Positions 51,555 to 64,000 of a DNA stretch of 64,000 nt are shown piece by piece; position 1 is the first letter of the stretch; each line of letters begins with the position of its first letter. The stretch spans positions 1 through 64,000 of the forward strand of contig NMRA01000085.1 in NCBI GenBank assembly GCA_002633005.1, written 5' to 3'. Under the pieces are notes generated by a model that was not told the DNA's origin, searched no databases, and saw only the letters and a program-made list of their open reading frames with translations. This DNA is from Phoronis australis (taxonomy: Eukaryota > Animalia > Phoronida). The translations under genes were made by a program, and so were the position numbers.

Positions 51555-52917
51555 CTAGAAACATTTGGTGAATACGGTGAATATCACTCAATTGGAACAA
51601 CACAATAATACGAGCATATTAAGCGAATTTTTACTTTCAAACTTTATATCACTCTTAAAAGACGTTAAAGATGCTACAAACTCGTCTTCTGTCAAAAAAT
51701 AACTTTTCGTTTACCATTATATAAAACTAAATTCGACTTGTTCTGTGCTTTTGTGCTAAGAGTTGACAATAACTAGGCTTGAAATGGCAGAACATGTTGG
51801 TGCGAAACATGTACTGCCAGGCAATAATCTACCGTTACCTCCTCCCAAGTCCAAAAATTAGTTCTCATGTAAGTTGGGAACACATGGAAATCAGTTTTGT
51901 AAGGGTAGGTATTCGTAATATAACTCAAAGCCTGTGGACTACATACATTTACATTAATTTAATGTTTTACAACTGAACGGATGTACTATAACAGGATAAT
52001 TGTAAATTTCACAAATTTATCCCACAAAGTTTTTATGATTGGACAACGACATAATTTCAATAAGACAGGCACGTCCACGCTATAAGTTACCCAAGAACAA
52101 CTTGGACCTGAGCAATCTGCCTCAAGTTAACCGAGTGTTTACACCCTACAGGTTGTGACAAATACGATAAAAAAAGATTAAATAGCTCAAATTGCATTTG
52201 ATTTATGTCATCTCCTGACAATAGATGGCGTCGTGTTTGGTTTTATGTTCCAGCATTATTTTTGTAGCATTATTTTTGTGTTTTTATCAATTTGGATACT
52301 GGTGGCTATACCAGAATGCTTTCACGTGATTTATTGCTGATACTTTGAAATGAGAAAGATGTGTTTTGCTCACTGTTCTTTGCAGACTTCCATATTTGTT
52401 CTTCAAAACATAGAGAAATAGGAGTCAGAACTACAGCATTCTTCATTAGCCATGTAACAGAATAACGGTAATTACTTCCACCTAGTCTGCTAAGGTGGGG
52501 TAAGCTTTAACACGTAAGTGACCAGTTGCCCAATGCTAATAACGTCTACACTACTACTAAGCCCAGGAACAACTCGTTCCAGAAGTACTTTTTTCTGGCA
52601 TAAATCGTAATGTGGACGGAACTTTCATAGCCAACTTACGTGCTTCCTGTATTCAAGTAACAACTAAAAAATCCTCCATCCCTTTAACCCAAGCAAGTAT
52701 ATGGTGTACATGGATATCACGAGGTGGAATTTTTAAACCAAAATGACATAGCCAGATCTATAAGAATGTATTGCCCATCTGAACATGAATAAATGTCAAC
52801 TGCTAATAGCCAAGATATACAGTTCAAAAAGTTGTACCACCTCCCTAACAACTACAACAGCATTCGGCACTGCAGCAAAGAAGGATAAAGGTGCGCAATT
52901 TTGAGAAATATCAAAAC

Positions 52918-53051
52918 CTGAATTGTCTTCATATCCCCTTCGAGGAATTTTTTCAGGGGTACCAGGAATTCATTTGTTGTTGTGGAAATCATCACTTTTT
53001 CAGCCTGACCGAGTTTGATCTCCGCATGTCCTGTTTGAACTAAGGCATTAC
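52918..53051 (-). CDS. SH3GLB1: Endophilin-B exon 4, (G)NALVQTGHAEIKLGQAEKVMISTTTNEFLVPLKKFLEGDMKTIQ
   Basis: Acceptor tttgtag|, donor CAG|GTTTTG, 134 nt. FL.PL..F.EGD.KTI motif. Confidence 0.92.
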
Positions 53052-53254
53052 CTACAAACATAAACATAAACATTTATAGCAACATAGAGTAGAGTGTTCA
53101 CGTTTCCACAAGGGGGCATTACAAACAGCATTACGCCTCCCAGCATTAAGCTTAGCATGAGTGTTTACCTACTGACTATTAATTTCAATGGAAATGGACA
53201 GTCATTTGATAACACATGAAAGGATTTCAACAACATGTCAGTCATATAACCTAC

Positions 53255-53383
53255 CGTATGTAGTGCCTGGACCAATACAGTTGCCTGCGTCAATCATTGA
53301 GAAGCCCAGCCCCTCCAAGTTTGTGATACGATCATGTGACTTGGTATCCAACTTGTCTGCAAGGAACTGCTGAACACGAATAC
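53255..53383 (-). CDS. SH3GLB1: Endophilin-B exon 3, (S)IRVQQFLADKLDTKSHDRITNLEGLGFSMIDAGNCIGPGTTY(G)
   Basis: Acceptor tttttag|, donor G|GTAGGT, 129 nt, phase 1-1. MIDAG..GPGT.YG motif. Confidence 0.92.
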
Positions 53384-53410
53384 CTAAAAACAAAACAATT
53401 TTCAGTCAAG

Positions 53411-53413
53411 ATA

Positions 53414-53473
<60 letters not shown>
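53411..53473. repeat. (AAT)n microsatellite in intron 2
   Basis: About 21 perfect units. A shorter homologous tract lies at ~23337-23365 in the paralog. Confidence 0.95.
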
Positions 53474-54396
53474 GGGATGTATATTAATACCATAATTAAC
53501 ACAATTAACATAATTTATCTACTTGTTAACCAGGATGGGTTTTTTTGCCTTACACTGTATGCTCTACTTCAATTCAAACTTATGTCACTCAGCATGTCTA
53601 ACATGGGCAACATCTGCCACTAAACAAGGCTGGGGGTGAAAGCAGTCCTACAACACAGCTAGACCATGATCGCACAGGCCTTTTGGGCTGCCCTGTTCCA
53701 TACATGTAGGCATTCCCGTGGAAACAGTCGTCTGGCGTGTACTTATTATGGGTGGGGTCAGGGTAGGGAAGCCATGAGAATGACCATCAAAACTTGAGCT
53801 AAGTTGACCTAAAAATATCTTCAATAGTTACACGTACTTAACCCACAGATAAAAAATAGCCACTACCAGACAAGTTCATTGGTGGGTTGTTCCTACTTGA
53901 CACACTCAAACCCTAACATGAGCTACACTGACCACACAAAACCAGTAGTAGAACAATCAGCAAAATCCTTAGTATGATAAATTAACATTGCCAGACAAGT
54001 CCAGTGACCGGTTGCCCCAATTCCCAGCCATACATGTCCAAACAATGAATTGGCCTAATACCTTTTTCATAGGCTACAGGCCTCCTGAAACCACAAATTC
54101 ACACTTCTGACATCGCGACATTCGTGGACATTGAGATCAAACCATGTGACACAGAGAGAACAAAACAATTATATAGCATACTAGGTTTTTTATTGCAAAA
54201 GTTTTCACAGTCGATTTAAAGTATACCACTCAAAGTATGTAGAACCTGTAATTTCTGTTCCGTATAACAGTGGCTCAGCCATCAACTTTTGCTGAACATT
54301 TCAAATAGAGCTTCAAACAAACTTCTCTAATCAAGCAGGTTACTTTGAATTTTAAGTTTCAATTGCGCAACAGCAAAAGTATCTGTAGATGACGAT

Positions 54397-54800
54397 GCAT
54401 TAGTGTTTCTATCTGGTACATGCTTGTTCGGGTTATTCTTGATGGCCATTTCAGCCCACCTTATGTTATTGACATGAGTGTTTCTATCTGGTAACAATAC
54501 ATTCTTGTTTGTGTTGTTGTCGATGGCCATTTCACCCCACCGTATATTATTGACATGAGCGTTTCTATCTGGTATTAATACATTCTTGTTCGTGTTGTTG
54601 TTGATGGCCATTTCAGCACACCGTATATTATAGACATTAGTGTTTCTATCTGGTAAAAATACATTCCCGTTTGTGTTGTTGTTGATGGCCATTTCAGCAC
54701 ACCGTATATTATAGACATTAGTGTTTCTATCTGGTAAAAATACATTCCCGTTTGTGTTGTTGTTGATGGCCATTTCCGCCCACCGTATATTACTGACGTT
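54397..54800. repeat. 81-bp minisatellite, ~5 copies
   Basis: Units contain TTAGTGTTTCTATCTGGTAAAAATACATTCCCGTTTGTGTTGTTGTTGATGGCCATTTCAGCACACCGTATATTATAGACA. It produces the 27-aa periodic ORF 54327..54773. Confidence 0.95.
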
Positions 54801-56329
54801 AGACTTTTTTGTCCAGGCCCATCATGTCTGTCATACTTTAGGACATTTTCTTATGATGGCTACTGATTGGTTGGACTATCGTGTGTTATTTTGAGTGGCC
54901 AATCACAGTGATGTTCAAGCAATTTCAAGTGGCGGGCTATTTGACACAATTAAATTCACAGCATTTCATTCTAGCCCAGTATTTCATTCCGTCAACTTGT
55001 TTAACCTCATCACTCTAAGACAATTGTTGTAATTATGTTGATGGTTACTGATGACATGATGGTTTGCCAGTATCTTTTGTGTAATATTGTTGTATATGAG
55101 TCATGAGTCATACTTGACGTTTATCGCCTTTAGTGCAGATCATGATTTTAAACAAACTACCAGCATTGGCTTGAACTTTTCGCAATTAACTTGAACAGTT
55201 GACCTAGTTTAGTTGACCTAGTTCAGTTGTATTACAGTGCTCAGTGACTGACAAGTGTTTGTGATCATTGCACATAACTCACAAATCTTAAACAGTTGGT
55301 TGTATTGTTTATGTAGGTATTTGATTGCTTTTCGAATTTATATCGTATTCTGATTTGTAACTTTTACTATTAGGCCTAATGTTTTTTCGGGCTTTTGTAC
55401 TTATTATACCAGAAGATAACAGACTTGAATCAACTTTTAGCGATATAATGGCTTGTAATCATTAACGAACGATTCAGTGGCTTCAACGAACTGAAACGTG
55501 TTAAGTGTAATAACAAACTGTCAAGCTTTACAAGTCTTACGTTCACCATTGCACTTCACGCACACACGTCTGCTACAGTAACATACTGTAGCTGAGAAGG
55601 TCATACTTCACATTATCAGGATGCAGAGTAATGTTAAGAAGTTCATTGTAAACTGTAACACTTGCCTAATACTTGCATTGAATTTTAGACTAATAAATTG
55701 AAAAATTCACAACTAAACAGAACATTCTGTCTTCGCCAAAAGTTGCCAAATGTATCAGTAAAATCATTATATCTGTAGTTCATGAGGCATTTTGGAGCTG
55801 TCATTTATCAGTTATCATATTAAAAATTGTCCAGTCTAAGACGACAAAAAATTTATTATTCTACTCAAGGTCAAAGCTTGTACCAAATGTTAACAATAGG
55901 AATTATTGACTGTCCCAAATTCAAGAAAAACAAGAAAGGCACAAAATTTGCCCACTCTGACTTGTGTGGCACCAGAAGCTACTTTTAAAGATTTTATCTC
56001 CGTCTTTGTTAATACAAAAACATTGTCTGCTATTTTAAGGTAACGATGAAAACCAAAATTGCCCGTGCCCCGATATTCAGAATCAAGAAAATTATATTAT
56101 GACTTGAATTTAAGGGTCCCAAAATCTAGAGGTGGCCAATCTGGAGTTTTTTACCATAACAACAATGAAGATTTGGCATGTATTTGTAACAATGCCAATA
56201 CGAGAAACTTACAATCTTGAACCAAATTTTTCGGGCTCTATATAACCAAATATTTTTAATACTCAGTAAATAATTAAAAGCAATTGATTGCACAGTTAAT
56301 CACACTTGGACTTAGTCAGGTCTACTTAC

Positions 56330-56474
56330 TGGGATCTGGTTGCATAAGACACTCCATCTTGCCAATTATCTTTTCTGTCCATTCTTTCGTTATGTCCGAT
56401 CTTTTCACCAAATTCTCAAAGTGGGCATCCAGCTCTGTTTTTTCTTGTGTTGTGCCAAGTTTCTCCTCTGTGTA
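56330..56474 (-). CDS. SH3GLB1: Endophilin-B exon 2, YTEEKLGTTQEKTELDAHFENLVKRSDITKEWTEKIIGKMECLMQPDP
   Basis: Acceptor ctctcag|, donor A|GTAAGT, 145 nt. Lies in ORF 56322..56552. Confidence 0.93.
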
Positions 56475-56906
56475 CTGAGAGGGTAAATCATTATACCAAT
56501 TAGAACAGCCAAAAACTATCACAATAGAACATGTTAAAATAGTAAATACCAAAGATCATGTTCAATAATCACACATAGAGTTCAAGCAAAGACCCATCTT
56601 ACGAGAGCGAGAGAAAGATATTATACTCTCTCAACAGTGTTGGGTTTGATTCCCACCTACTAAGAGAAATACAATTTATTTTACAACATAATGATTGACT
56701 GTCTGCACCCAATGAATGCAGCGGAATTTTACAAGCATTTATGAATTTGATTTTTGTGTGGAAATGCCAGGAGGCGCAAAATGAAAGCCTAGGTTAGTTT
56801 GATCTCAGCAGGTAAGATATGTGTAAACCCAGAAGTTTGGCATACTGAATACCTGGACTTCCACCAACATTCAGTGTCAATCTAAACAGTACCACAGCGC
56901 AGAAGG

Positions 56907-57226
56907 ATACCTTAGGAGAACACCGTTGTCTTTAATTCCTTACAAATCGAACAAATACTCCTGTTATTCAACTTTTTCTTCGAGCAGTCCTTCGTTCAGT
57001 TCCCAAAATCGGTAACTGGCCATTTTCAACACTTCGCACGGCTGGCGCATGGCAGGTGGTACTATGGTGTCACATTCCCTGGTGTGCGCAGTGTAAAAAT
57101 GGGCAGTTACCAATTTTGGGAACTGTTCAACGAAGGACTACTCGAAGAAAAAATTGAATTAAACAGCTAGGAGTATTTGTTTGAGTTAGAAGGAATTAAA
57201 GACATCGACGGCTTCCTATGACGTAT
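56907..57226. mobile_element. Hairpin MITE-like element in endophilin-B intron 1
   Basis: Imperfect inverted arms ~56907-57032 and ~57090-57226 (e.g. TGTCTTTAATTCCTT / AAGGAATTAAAGACA). Confidence 0.8.
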
Positions 57227-57397
57227 AAAGCACCTAGGAGCTACACTGTCTCTACTGAGTCATGCAGCTAGAGTCAGTGGTCGTCAGTATGGGTTTGCTA
57301 GCACCTGTATTTTGATTCATTTAGGCCTTGCAACTACCACTGGTAACGTCTTTAATTTAGGCAAATCTATGAGACGGGTTAACTACCTTGTTGAACC

Positions 57398-57552
57398 GTG
57401 GGCCGCGCAGCATAGGGGGTTGGGGGGGCCTATAGCCCCCCACTTTTTTCAGTGCCAGGCGCACATGGTCTATAGGCAGTGCACCACAGGGGGGCCGAGG
57501 GGGCTTTAGCCTCCCACTTTGCCCCCACTTTTTCAGTGCTGCGCCGCCCATG
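57398..57552. repeat. Short GC-rich interspersed repeat with GGGGGCC.ATAG.CCCCACTTTTT subunits
   Basis: Two subunits here. A related copy lies at ~31390-31500, ending TGCTGCGCCGCCC. Confidence 0.65.
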
Positions 57553-57729
57553 TGAACGTGTCTGTAAATGCTTATTTACACTTACAGGCGAGTTACGAGT
57601 CTGTCGGTTTAGTTTGTTTAGGTTAGGTTAGGAGGATGCGCCCCCCGACTAAAAAATCCGAGTGAGTCAGACAATGATCTGCCAACGTAGGTTAACAGTC
57701 AAAAATAGCCAAAATAATATATAGTTTAC

Positions 57730-57786
57730 CTGCTTTGCTCGATTAAAAGCAGTTGAGGCGTCTGCAGCGAGCTTCTTAAAATTCAT
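57730..57786 (-). CDS. SH3GLB1: Endophilin-B exon 1, MNFKKLAADASTAFNRAKQ (amphipathic helix 0)
   Basis: ATG at 57786, donor CAG|GTAAAC. Matches the endophilin-B N-terminus as recalled (FNVKKLAADAGTFLSRAVQ). Confidence 0.9.
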
Positions 57787-58200
57787 TTTTCTTGCCTCTT
57801 ATCGTAGACTATTTTTACCTATCTACGTAACTTTCTACGTTTTCCAAACGTGTTATGGTAATAACAGCTCGACTTACGTATCCTTCGACGAATACCTAGC
57901 GTTGACATTACCCGGGCACAACGGTGGCAACACTCGTAAACATCCGCTGGCGTGTCAAATCTGTATCAAAAGACGGCTTGTAAAGGATTAGAATTTCTGT
58001 CATGATAGAATTTATATTGTTGTGTTTGATTTCTACATCCTTATATGCCTTGACTACGTCATCTCACGGGAGTTCCATGCTTCACTTGGAGGAAGCTGCT
58101 CAAGACAGACCGCGTACGTCCTCGGCTCAGTCAGGCTCACAGGCAGTTTAACCAGCCCTCAACTATATCGTCGAGACTAATTAAAGGTGCCTGTGATCGG
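57787..58200. promoter_or_regulatory. Probable bidirectional promoter region between endophilin-B and TTLL11-like
   Basis: Divergent ATGs 1.66 kb apart, with a locally CpG-richer stretch just upstream of the endophilin ATG. Start sites cannot be located from sequence. Confidence 0.45.
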
Positions 58201-59442
58201 CAGAGTCAAATTGGATATTGACCTGTTGACTTTTTAATCCACATGAAGTCTGTGAAATTTATCTATTGGTAACTGAGTAAAAAAACCAAAACGTTGGATA
58301 GATATGTCGTTATTTACTCATACGCGCTAATTTTAAAGTTCGTGCTTCTGTTCTGGCTTAAATCAAATGTGATTAACTGAGTAAGCAAAATAATCTATAA
58401 CAATCCTGGGTTTTAGGGTCTAAATTACGTGGAAGTCTCACCTACTGCAGGCCGCCAATCGTCTAACTTATAAATTGAATCGATTTGATGGCAATTTGAT
58501 GGCATTTTCTGCTTCAAAACCTAAAGTAAAAGGATAGGCTCACAATACAATTCCATCTCTTTTGAAAATAAAGTTCGGTTAGGATTATCATTTATTTAAA
58601 GTTTTATTTCATTAAGGTTAGGATTAATTAATTGGGTTCTTGATGTTCAACTGAATACCCAGCTTCTTATATATTTATGCTCTTCTGAGTTTGTTATTTT
58701 ATATTTAATTAACTATTTTCTACTGTATTGCAATGCTTACAGCTAAGTGTCTTATGTTTGTAAAACTGATTTTAGATAAAGTAATTGAAGTGAACTGAGG
58801 TATGCAGCACTATGGCATGACATTGCGAAAATTTCAAATGTGTGGAATAAAAATCCAAAATAAATTGTTTTGAATATGAAGTCGTCGAGGATTTGGAAAT
58901 TACATTTGAGATATCAATTTGGATTTAAAAACAATTAGACAAAGATTTGAAGTCCATATAATTTGGACCCTTAATTAAAATGCTGCATTGCACCAGTTAG
59001 ATGGTTCAACTTAAATCATTTCGTTCCCTTCCAGCTGCTTAGAAAAGGTCAAATATAATTTTTCAAACTTTCAAAGGGTAAGGTTAAGGTTAGGTTCTTT
59101 ATATAGATCATTTAAATTTCTGGTTACACTTTTCTATTTCTGAGGCACAACAGTATGGGAACTCTGTGGTCAACATGAAGTGACTGTGGTTGTTACGTAA
59201 TTTTGGATATCACTAAGTAAATTTAAAGCAAATTTAAATATTTTTTGAAAAGAAGGCATCATGGACTTGGAAATTATATACAAATTATCAATTTACAAAC
59301 AATGTAGATGAAGGTCTGAAGTCCAGATAAGCAGACCTCTAAAATGCAGGATTACCGAATTGGTAAGTAAAGACTTTATGAATTTATGACTTTACAGTTC
59401 TAGTGATGTCACGGTGATGCTGTGTCAAATAACTGCGAGGAT

Positions 59443-59712
59443 ATGCAAGACAAGACGAGACAAGACATGGCAACAATAACAATAATGGCCTTCCCTCCGC
59501 TTAAGCAAATGAGACGGCGCGAGGAAGACCATGAGTCGGGGTGTTGTTGTGATGACAAGGCACGTACTCGCCGTTTTCCACAGAATTTGAAAAAGGTGAA
59601 AGCAAAAAAGAAGAAAATTAGCAATGCTGACTTGATTTGTGTAGATACTTCAAAAGCTCGTGGCCATCTTGACGTTCTTCGCCTGTGCATTAAGGACCTA
59701 GGCTGGAAAGAG
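59443..59712 (+). CDS. TTLL11: TTLL11-like tubulin polyglutamylase, first visible coding exon (MQDKTRQDM...ICVDTSKARGHLDVLRLCIKDLGWKE)
   Basis: Ends GAG|GTATGA in phase 0. Resembles recalled TTLL11 VTVDSSKARTSLDALKISIRQLKWKE. The start ATG is uncertain (several Met; acceptor tttacag| at 59397). Confidence 0.8.
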
Positions 59713-62700
59713 GTATGAAAGTATTTATGATTTTCTTTGGGGCTCTGAATTTTAAATTGGATACCACAGTGTCACATTAGAGTTGGTCCTTTAACAAGTG
59801 TTGGTCCTGTAATAATCACTGGTCTCGAAAAAGCACCATGTTGAAAACAACATTGTTAAATAGGCACTGGGTCTCAAATAACCACAATGGATGTGGTAAT
59901 TCAGGTGGAACTCTGATCACAATTCACTGTCGTGCTAGATAGTGTAGTTAACTAGGTCAATTATACGTGGATGAAAGCATGGAAATTAAAGCCTAACTTC
60001 AACGAAATTTTGTTGTTTTTGATGTACTGGGCTAACCAAATAGTCCTAGCTAAGCCTTGGTAAAATAAGAAAACGCGAGTTCAATGACGCAAATGTAAGC
60101 CCGTCAAATGATAGGTGAAGCTTTCTTTTCGTGCCATGTTGAGTCACTGCGAGATCCCAGCACAGACAGCAAAAGGCCGATAACAGTTGTATTGAATAGG
60201 CGTCTGAGTAGAATACCATTGCCTGCGGGGTGTTATTCGCAGCCTTTTGAATTAAAAGGTAATTCTTGCGGTGACGTAGACAAAAGCAAGCCAATACGCC
60301 TAACAGTTCGTTACATTTAGCAAATTATAGCACTAGTGGGCTCAGTGCAATGCTCTTAACATATTGTATGAACCAAATAGACTTTAATGATGAGATGCAT
60401 TGCAAGCGTTAAAATCATATGTGATAAAATGGTTGTTTTAAAAACACATGTAATGTGCAGAAGCCAGTCTCTTACTCGTCTGGATGCATGGTTGTTATAT
60501 TTAAGCAAACATATGCCAAGCAGCTGGTAACAACTGTCAACAGTAAGTTGTACCAGTATGTAAAGCTGGCTTTGTTGAACAAGCGCCTGGTTTTAAATAC
60601 CGGTAAACACCATTTTGGAATAAGCCCCAGGTCAAAAAATGTCTTTGAAAAAATAAAACACCCGAGCGCTAATACATGGCGCTACAGTATTCAAACATTT
60701 AGAAAATTCTTCAGTTACATTCTACTCCACAGATTTCTATAGGAAACTGTACATTTTTAACTAAGAGCCTCAATAAAGCCGTATATCACCACAAAACTAT
60801 AAGCTTAAACACCTTATGTGTCTAAGGCTATGGTATCTATTGTTAGAGTTGACGAGGTTTGATTTTTAAATATGATCTTATCTGGTCATAAACAATTTGG
60901 GCCTTATTTAAAAATTTAAAGCAGTTGCTTTAAATATAAAATTTTGAGAAAATAACATTCAAGATGTTTTTCAGCAAGAAAACTTAACACAGTTGGCTCT
61001 TCAGTTTTTAAAAAACAGGCAAACATTTAACTGGAACCACAGCTGCAATAATAAAGGTCTTTCTGAAATAAATTTCAATGTTGTGTTTTGAAACTGGTGG
61101 TTTTTCAAACTGGTTTGCTCCTGGAATTAAATTGTTGGTGAAAAGTTCGGTTAGCACTATAGTTTTCCTCGTAGAAATATGATAAAAATTTGTCAGAAAC
61201 CACCACGTTTTGGTTTGGTTTAGTGAAAAATGTTCTTAATAGTACATGTCAACCGTGATGTACTCACACGTGTTTCTGTTCATGTTTTTCTATGTAATGT
61301 TTAGATGGTTAAAAACAAAAATCGAATTAGGCCTTTTACACTCATAAAATGCATCCCATAATGCTCTTTTCCATGACAGGATGCTATTTCTGTTGGCAAA
61401 AAAAACATCAGAACCATCAGCGACTCAAGAGAACGCTTCACAGTTTATTGGAATTGGCCACACTAAAATTGTGAACTCGAAAATGGCACATGTACACATT
61501 GCCTGTACCTTGAGATGGTAATGGACTTAAAATCATATCATAGTACGGAATGTCGCAGGACCAGTTTTACAAAAGGAAAAGACCTTATTCAATTTTCTTT
61601 TTAGCCAACTCAACGGGGCAAAATGCAGAGCTCTATCAAATCACTGATGTTGGAAACGACTATTATCTTGAGTTGACACTAAGCGAGAATATTGACTTGA
61701 AACATTTTTGTTAAAGAAGTCAGTGAAATGGTGATTTTTATTGCTTGCTTCGTATAATTTATGTTAGATTTAAATCCAACGATGCTAGACCCATTTTCTA
61801 AAACTTTACAATAATTACAACTGTTAATACCTCTCATACGCTCTGTAATGTAGGATTATAATCTTAAGTGCCCACTTAAAATAAGCAGAATGGGTCCTAC
61901 TAACCTCAGCTTAGCTATTCAGAAGGGGTGGCATTAATGTGAGAGGCATTCATTGCTGTTGGCAACGGAAAAAACAGTCTGCTCTGTGGTGGCGCTCTTG
62001 TGCAGTGTCAGTTTATCCTGACGAATGTGGGCAAGGCTAAGAAGGCACATTTGGGTCTGCGCCCGAATCAGTTTTATGCGCCCACATATTTATTCTGTGG
62101 GTGGATATTTTAATATATTTTAACTTAAAAGTTGTTGTTGTCTCTGTCTGACCATTCGCCATCCGCTGCTGTATCTCCCAAATGCCTTGTGGAATCTTAT
62201 TGAGATTTGATAGGTGTGTTCTGATAAGTTGAAAAAAGATGAAGACGAGTTTTGGACTGATCTGAGCACTGCTGTGCTCTCTAGTGGCAATTTAATTGTT
62301 TATTTTTGCCTCTGTATCTTTCTTCTTCTTCTTCTTCTTCCAAAAACAACAAACGATCGTGGTATCGATCCTTGTTGGCGCATTGTTAGTCTAAAACTTA
62401 GGTGCACGTAACTGTGAAAAATAATGATAAAACGAAGGGCTGGTTTAGTGCCAAGATAAAAGGTCTTAATGGTTACTGTGTAAGATTGATGTTCAAGATG
62501 TGACTAGTGAATATTTCTATTGTTTCTGATGAGATGCTGGATTTTCATGAATGTTGGCATATAGGTTACTATTATGAAGACAATGATTTCGTCTCATTTT
62601 GAGTTGGCCATTTTTGTTCTTTTCGATTCCCTTTTTTGCTTCTCTATCTTCCAAACTGCTGGAAGGATCACTAGGCAAATGATTTGTGTTCCTGCTGGGA

Positions 62701-63569
62701 AGTCTACAGCTGATGTTGATTTTTAAACGAGCCTGACCTCTGCGGTGCTGCCAAGTGGCAATTTGCTTTGGTATTCAATAGCACTTATATTGACATAAAT
62801 ACACTATAATTCAAATTCACACCATAGACAACAATGACCTTGACACTAATGACAATTAATGCAGAAGGCGACCTCTAGGACGACTGCATTGTTGCCAGCA
62901 CTACAATGCCACCATCTACACCAGCATCCTCCAATAGTGGTGACAATGCTGAGGTATATCTGTGTCAAACAAAAAGAAGGTTTAGTAGCAAGTACACCAA
63001 TTTGTCTCTAGAATTTCTTGCTGAAATCATATACGAGTGAACTATGTACAATTTGTTAATTCCGTGGAAATAAGAAGTGAAAAACAGACTGTAAACTAAC
63101 TTTTTATTTATTATACATATGAAACAAATACATATATTTTATAAGTAGAGTGACACACCCTGACAGCTTGCCATCGTGACAAATAAATGTACAAAATATA
63201 CAAGTTTTCATCTTACAAAATGTAGATTTTATTGAGACAAGAAGAACTTTTCATAGTTGATAATGAAATAAGAAAACTGACCACCAATTTGTGCAAAGTA
63301 TAGAAAATTTTGAACTAATGCAACAACACTCAAAGTGACAATTTCTCTCATATACGCCTGTTACAGAGTGAATGCATTGTTGTAGAGTGTCGTGAATTAA
63401 ATTATTGTGACCTCCAAATTTTTGGTAGAGAAGGCTCAGAATCTCTACTGGTATCCAATTAGCTACCAAGTCATTTTAGGCCCTGCGAATGTTGGAATTC
63501 TCTGAAGTTTCTTTCAAGAGTGCATTCGTGTGTCTAATATATGCCAAGATTTTTTGCTCTTGTTTTCAG

Positions 63570-63672
63570 TTTCCAGCAGGCAGACGTATGGGACCATGTG
63601 ACTTCTACTGGCATTCTGGCTGTTTCTCAGACACCCAGGATCTTTATACAGGAAAAGTCAGCAAATTTCCAG
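63570..63672 (+). CDS. TTLL11: TTLL11-like next coding exon, FPAGRRMGPCDFYWHSGCFSDTQDLYTGKVSKFP(G)
   Basis: Acceptor ttgttttcag|, donor G|GTAGGA, 103 nt. Resembles recalled TTLL11 FPFGRRLPCDIYWHG...GQVNKFPG. The gene continues beyond the window. Confidence 0.88.
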
Positions 63673-64000
63673 GTAGGAGAGAATATCGTGCGGTCATGAA
63701 TTATCAAAAAGTGGCAAAGTAGTTGCTGCAAACAGTTTTTCATTCACAGTTAAGGTGTGCTTTGAAAGCGGAAATGAATTAATTGTTGAGTCACAGTTGT
63801 CACTGCAACCACACCAATGAGTCGGACATAATTACTATCCGTAACAAACTGCATCATAACTGGCAGGTTCTTACTGCATTAAATTAATTTCAGCGGCATA
63901 GCTGTGAAGTAAAGTGGTGGGGTTGCACTGTTGGCTTACACATTTATTTCACCACTGGATTGCTAGAAGCATGGCCGTTCCGGTCGCGATCTTCCCGGGC

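Larger units (their letters stand above)
34264..57786 (-). other. SH3GLB1: Endophilin-B (SH3GLB1/Bif-1-like) gene span, 10 coding exons, 399 aa
   Basis: Hand-spliced exons of 57+145+129+134+93+90+101+63+277+111 nt = 1200 nt. All introns are GT-AG, phases are compatible and there is no internal stop. The protein has an N-BAR region (MNFKKLAADA...KTELDAHFENL...LDLDAAKGRL...QSEFDRQ) and a C-terminal SH3 (KAKVLYDYEA...ELSL...DPDWVMG...GKVPVTYIE). Confidence 0.93.

Noticed and set aside
59305-59397. Upstream TTLL11 coding exon ending at G|GTAAGT (59362)
   Set aside because: It would need a 35-nt intron, which is implausibly short. The 5' structure cannot be resolved without transcripts.
1-64000. 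Most 60-130 aa entries in the supplied ORF track; rRNA/tRNA genes; prokaryotic operons or defence systems
   Set aside because: The ORFs are chance frames in AT-rich introns and repeats, or antisense to real exons. No rRNA/tRNA signature or prokaryotic gene density was seen.

Overview
This is intron-rich, AT-rich animal genomic DNA, not prokaryotic. The repeat style suggests a marine invertebrate, possibly a deuterostome (inference). I reconstructed by hand a complete 10-exon endophilin-B (SH3GLB1-like, N-BAR + SH3) gene on the minus strand (57786->34264, 1200-nt CDS, 399 aa, all GT-AG). It lies head-to-head with the first two coding exons of a TTLL11-like tubulin polyglutamylase on the plus strand (59443-59712, 63570-63672, running off the window). 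Downstream is a second, decayed tandem copy of endophilin-B (exon remnants 26606->4576). It has lost exons 3, 8 and 9, has no visible exon 1, and has transposon-swollen introns, yet its terminal SH3 exon is 100% identical to that of the intact gene. Mobile DNA includes a TTAA-flanked piggyBac with an internal deletion, a Penelope-like element with a hammerhead-like core and inverted pLTR split by a 5-bp-TSD hAT-like element, a CATAACG-ended family (4.3-kb and 273-bp copies), a long-TIR foldback, Kolobok-like/THAP and P2X7-C-like remnants, a Tx1-like LINE fragment and several minisatellites. A 2.35-kb tandem duplication across the N at 38971 is probably an unmerged-haplotype assembly artefact. 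I found no clearly new multi-gene system. The best leads are the exon-limited identity between gene and pseudogene and the nested transposon/ribozyme architecture. Homology calls rest on recalled family sequences, not on searches.
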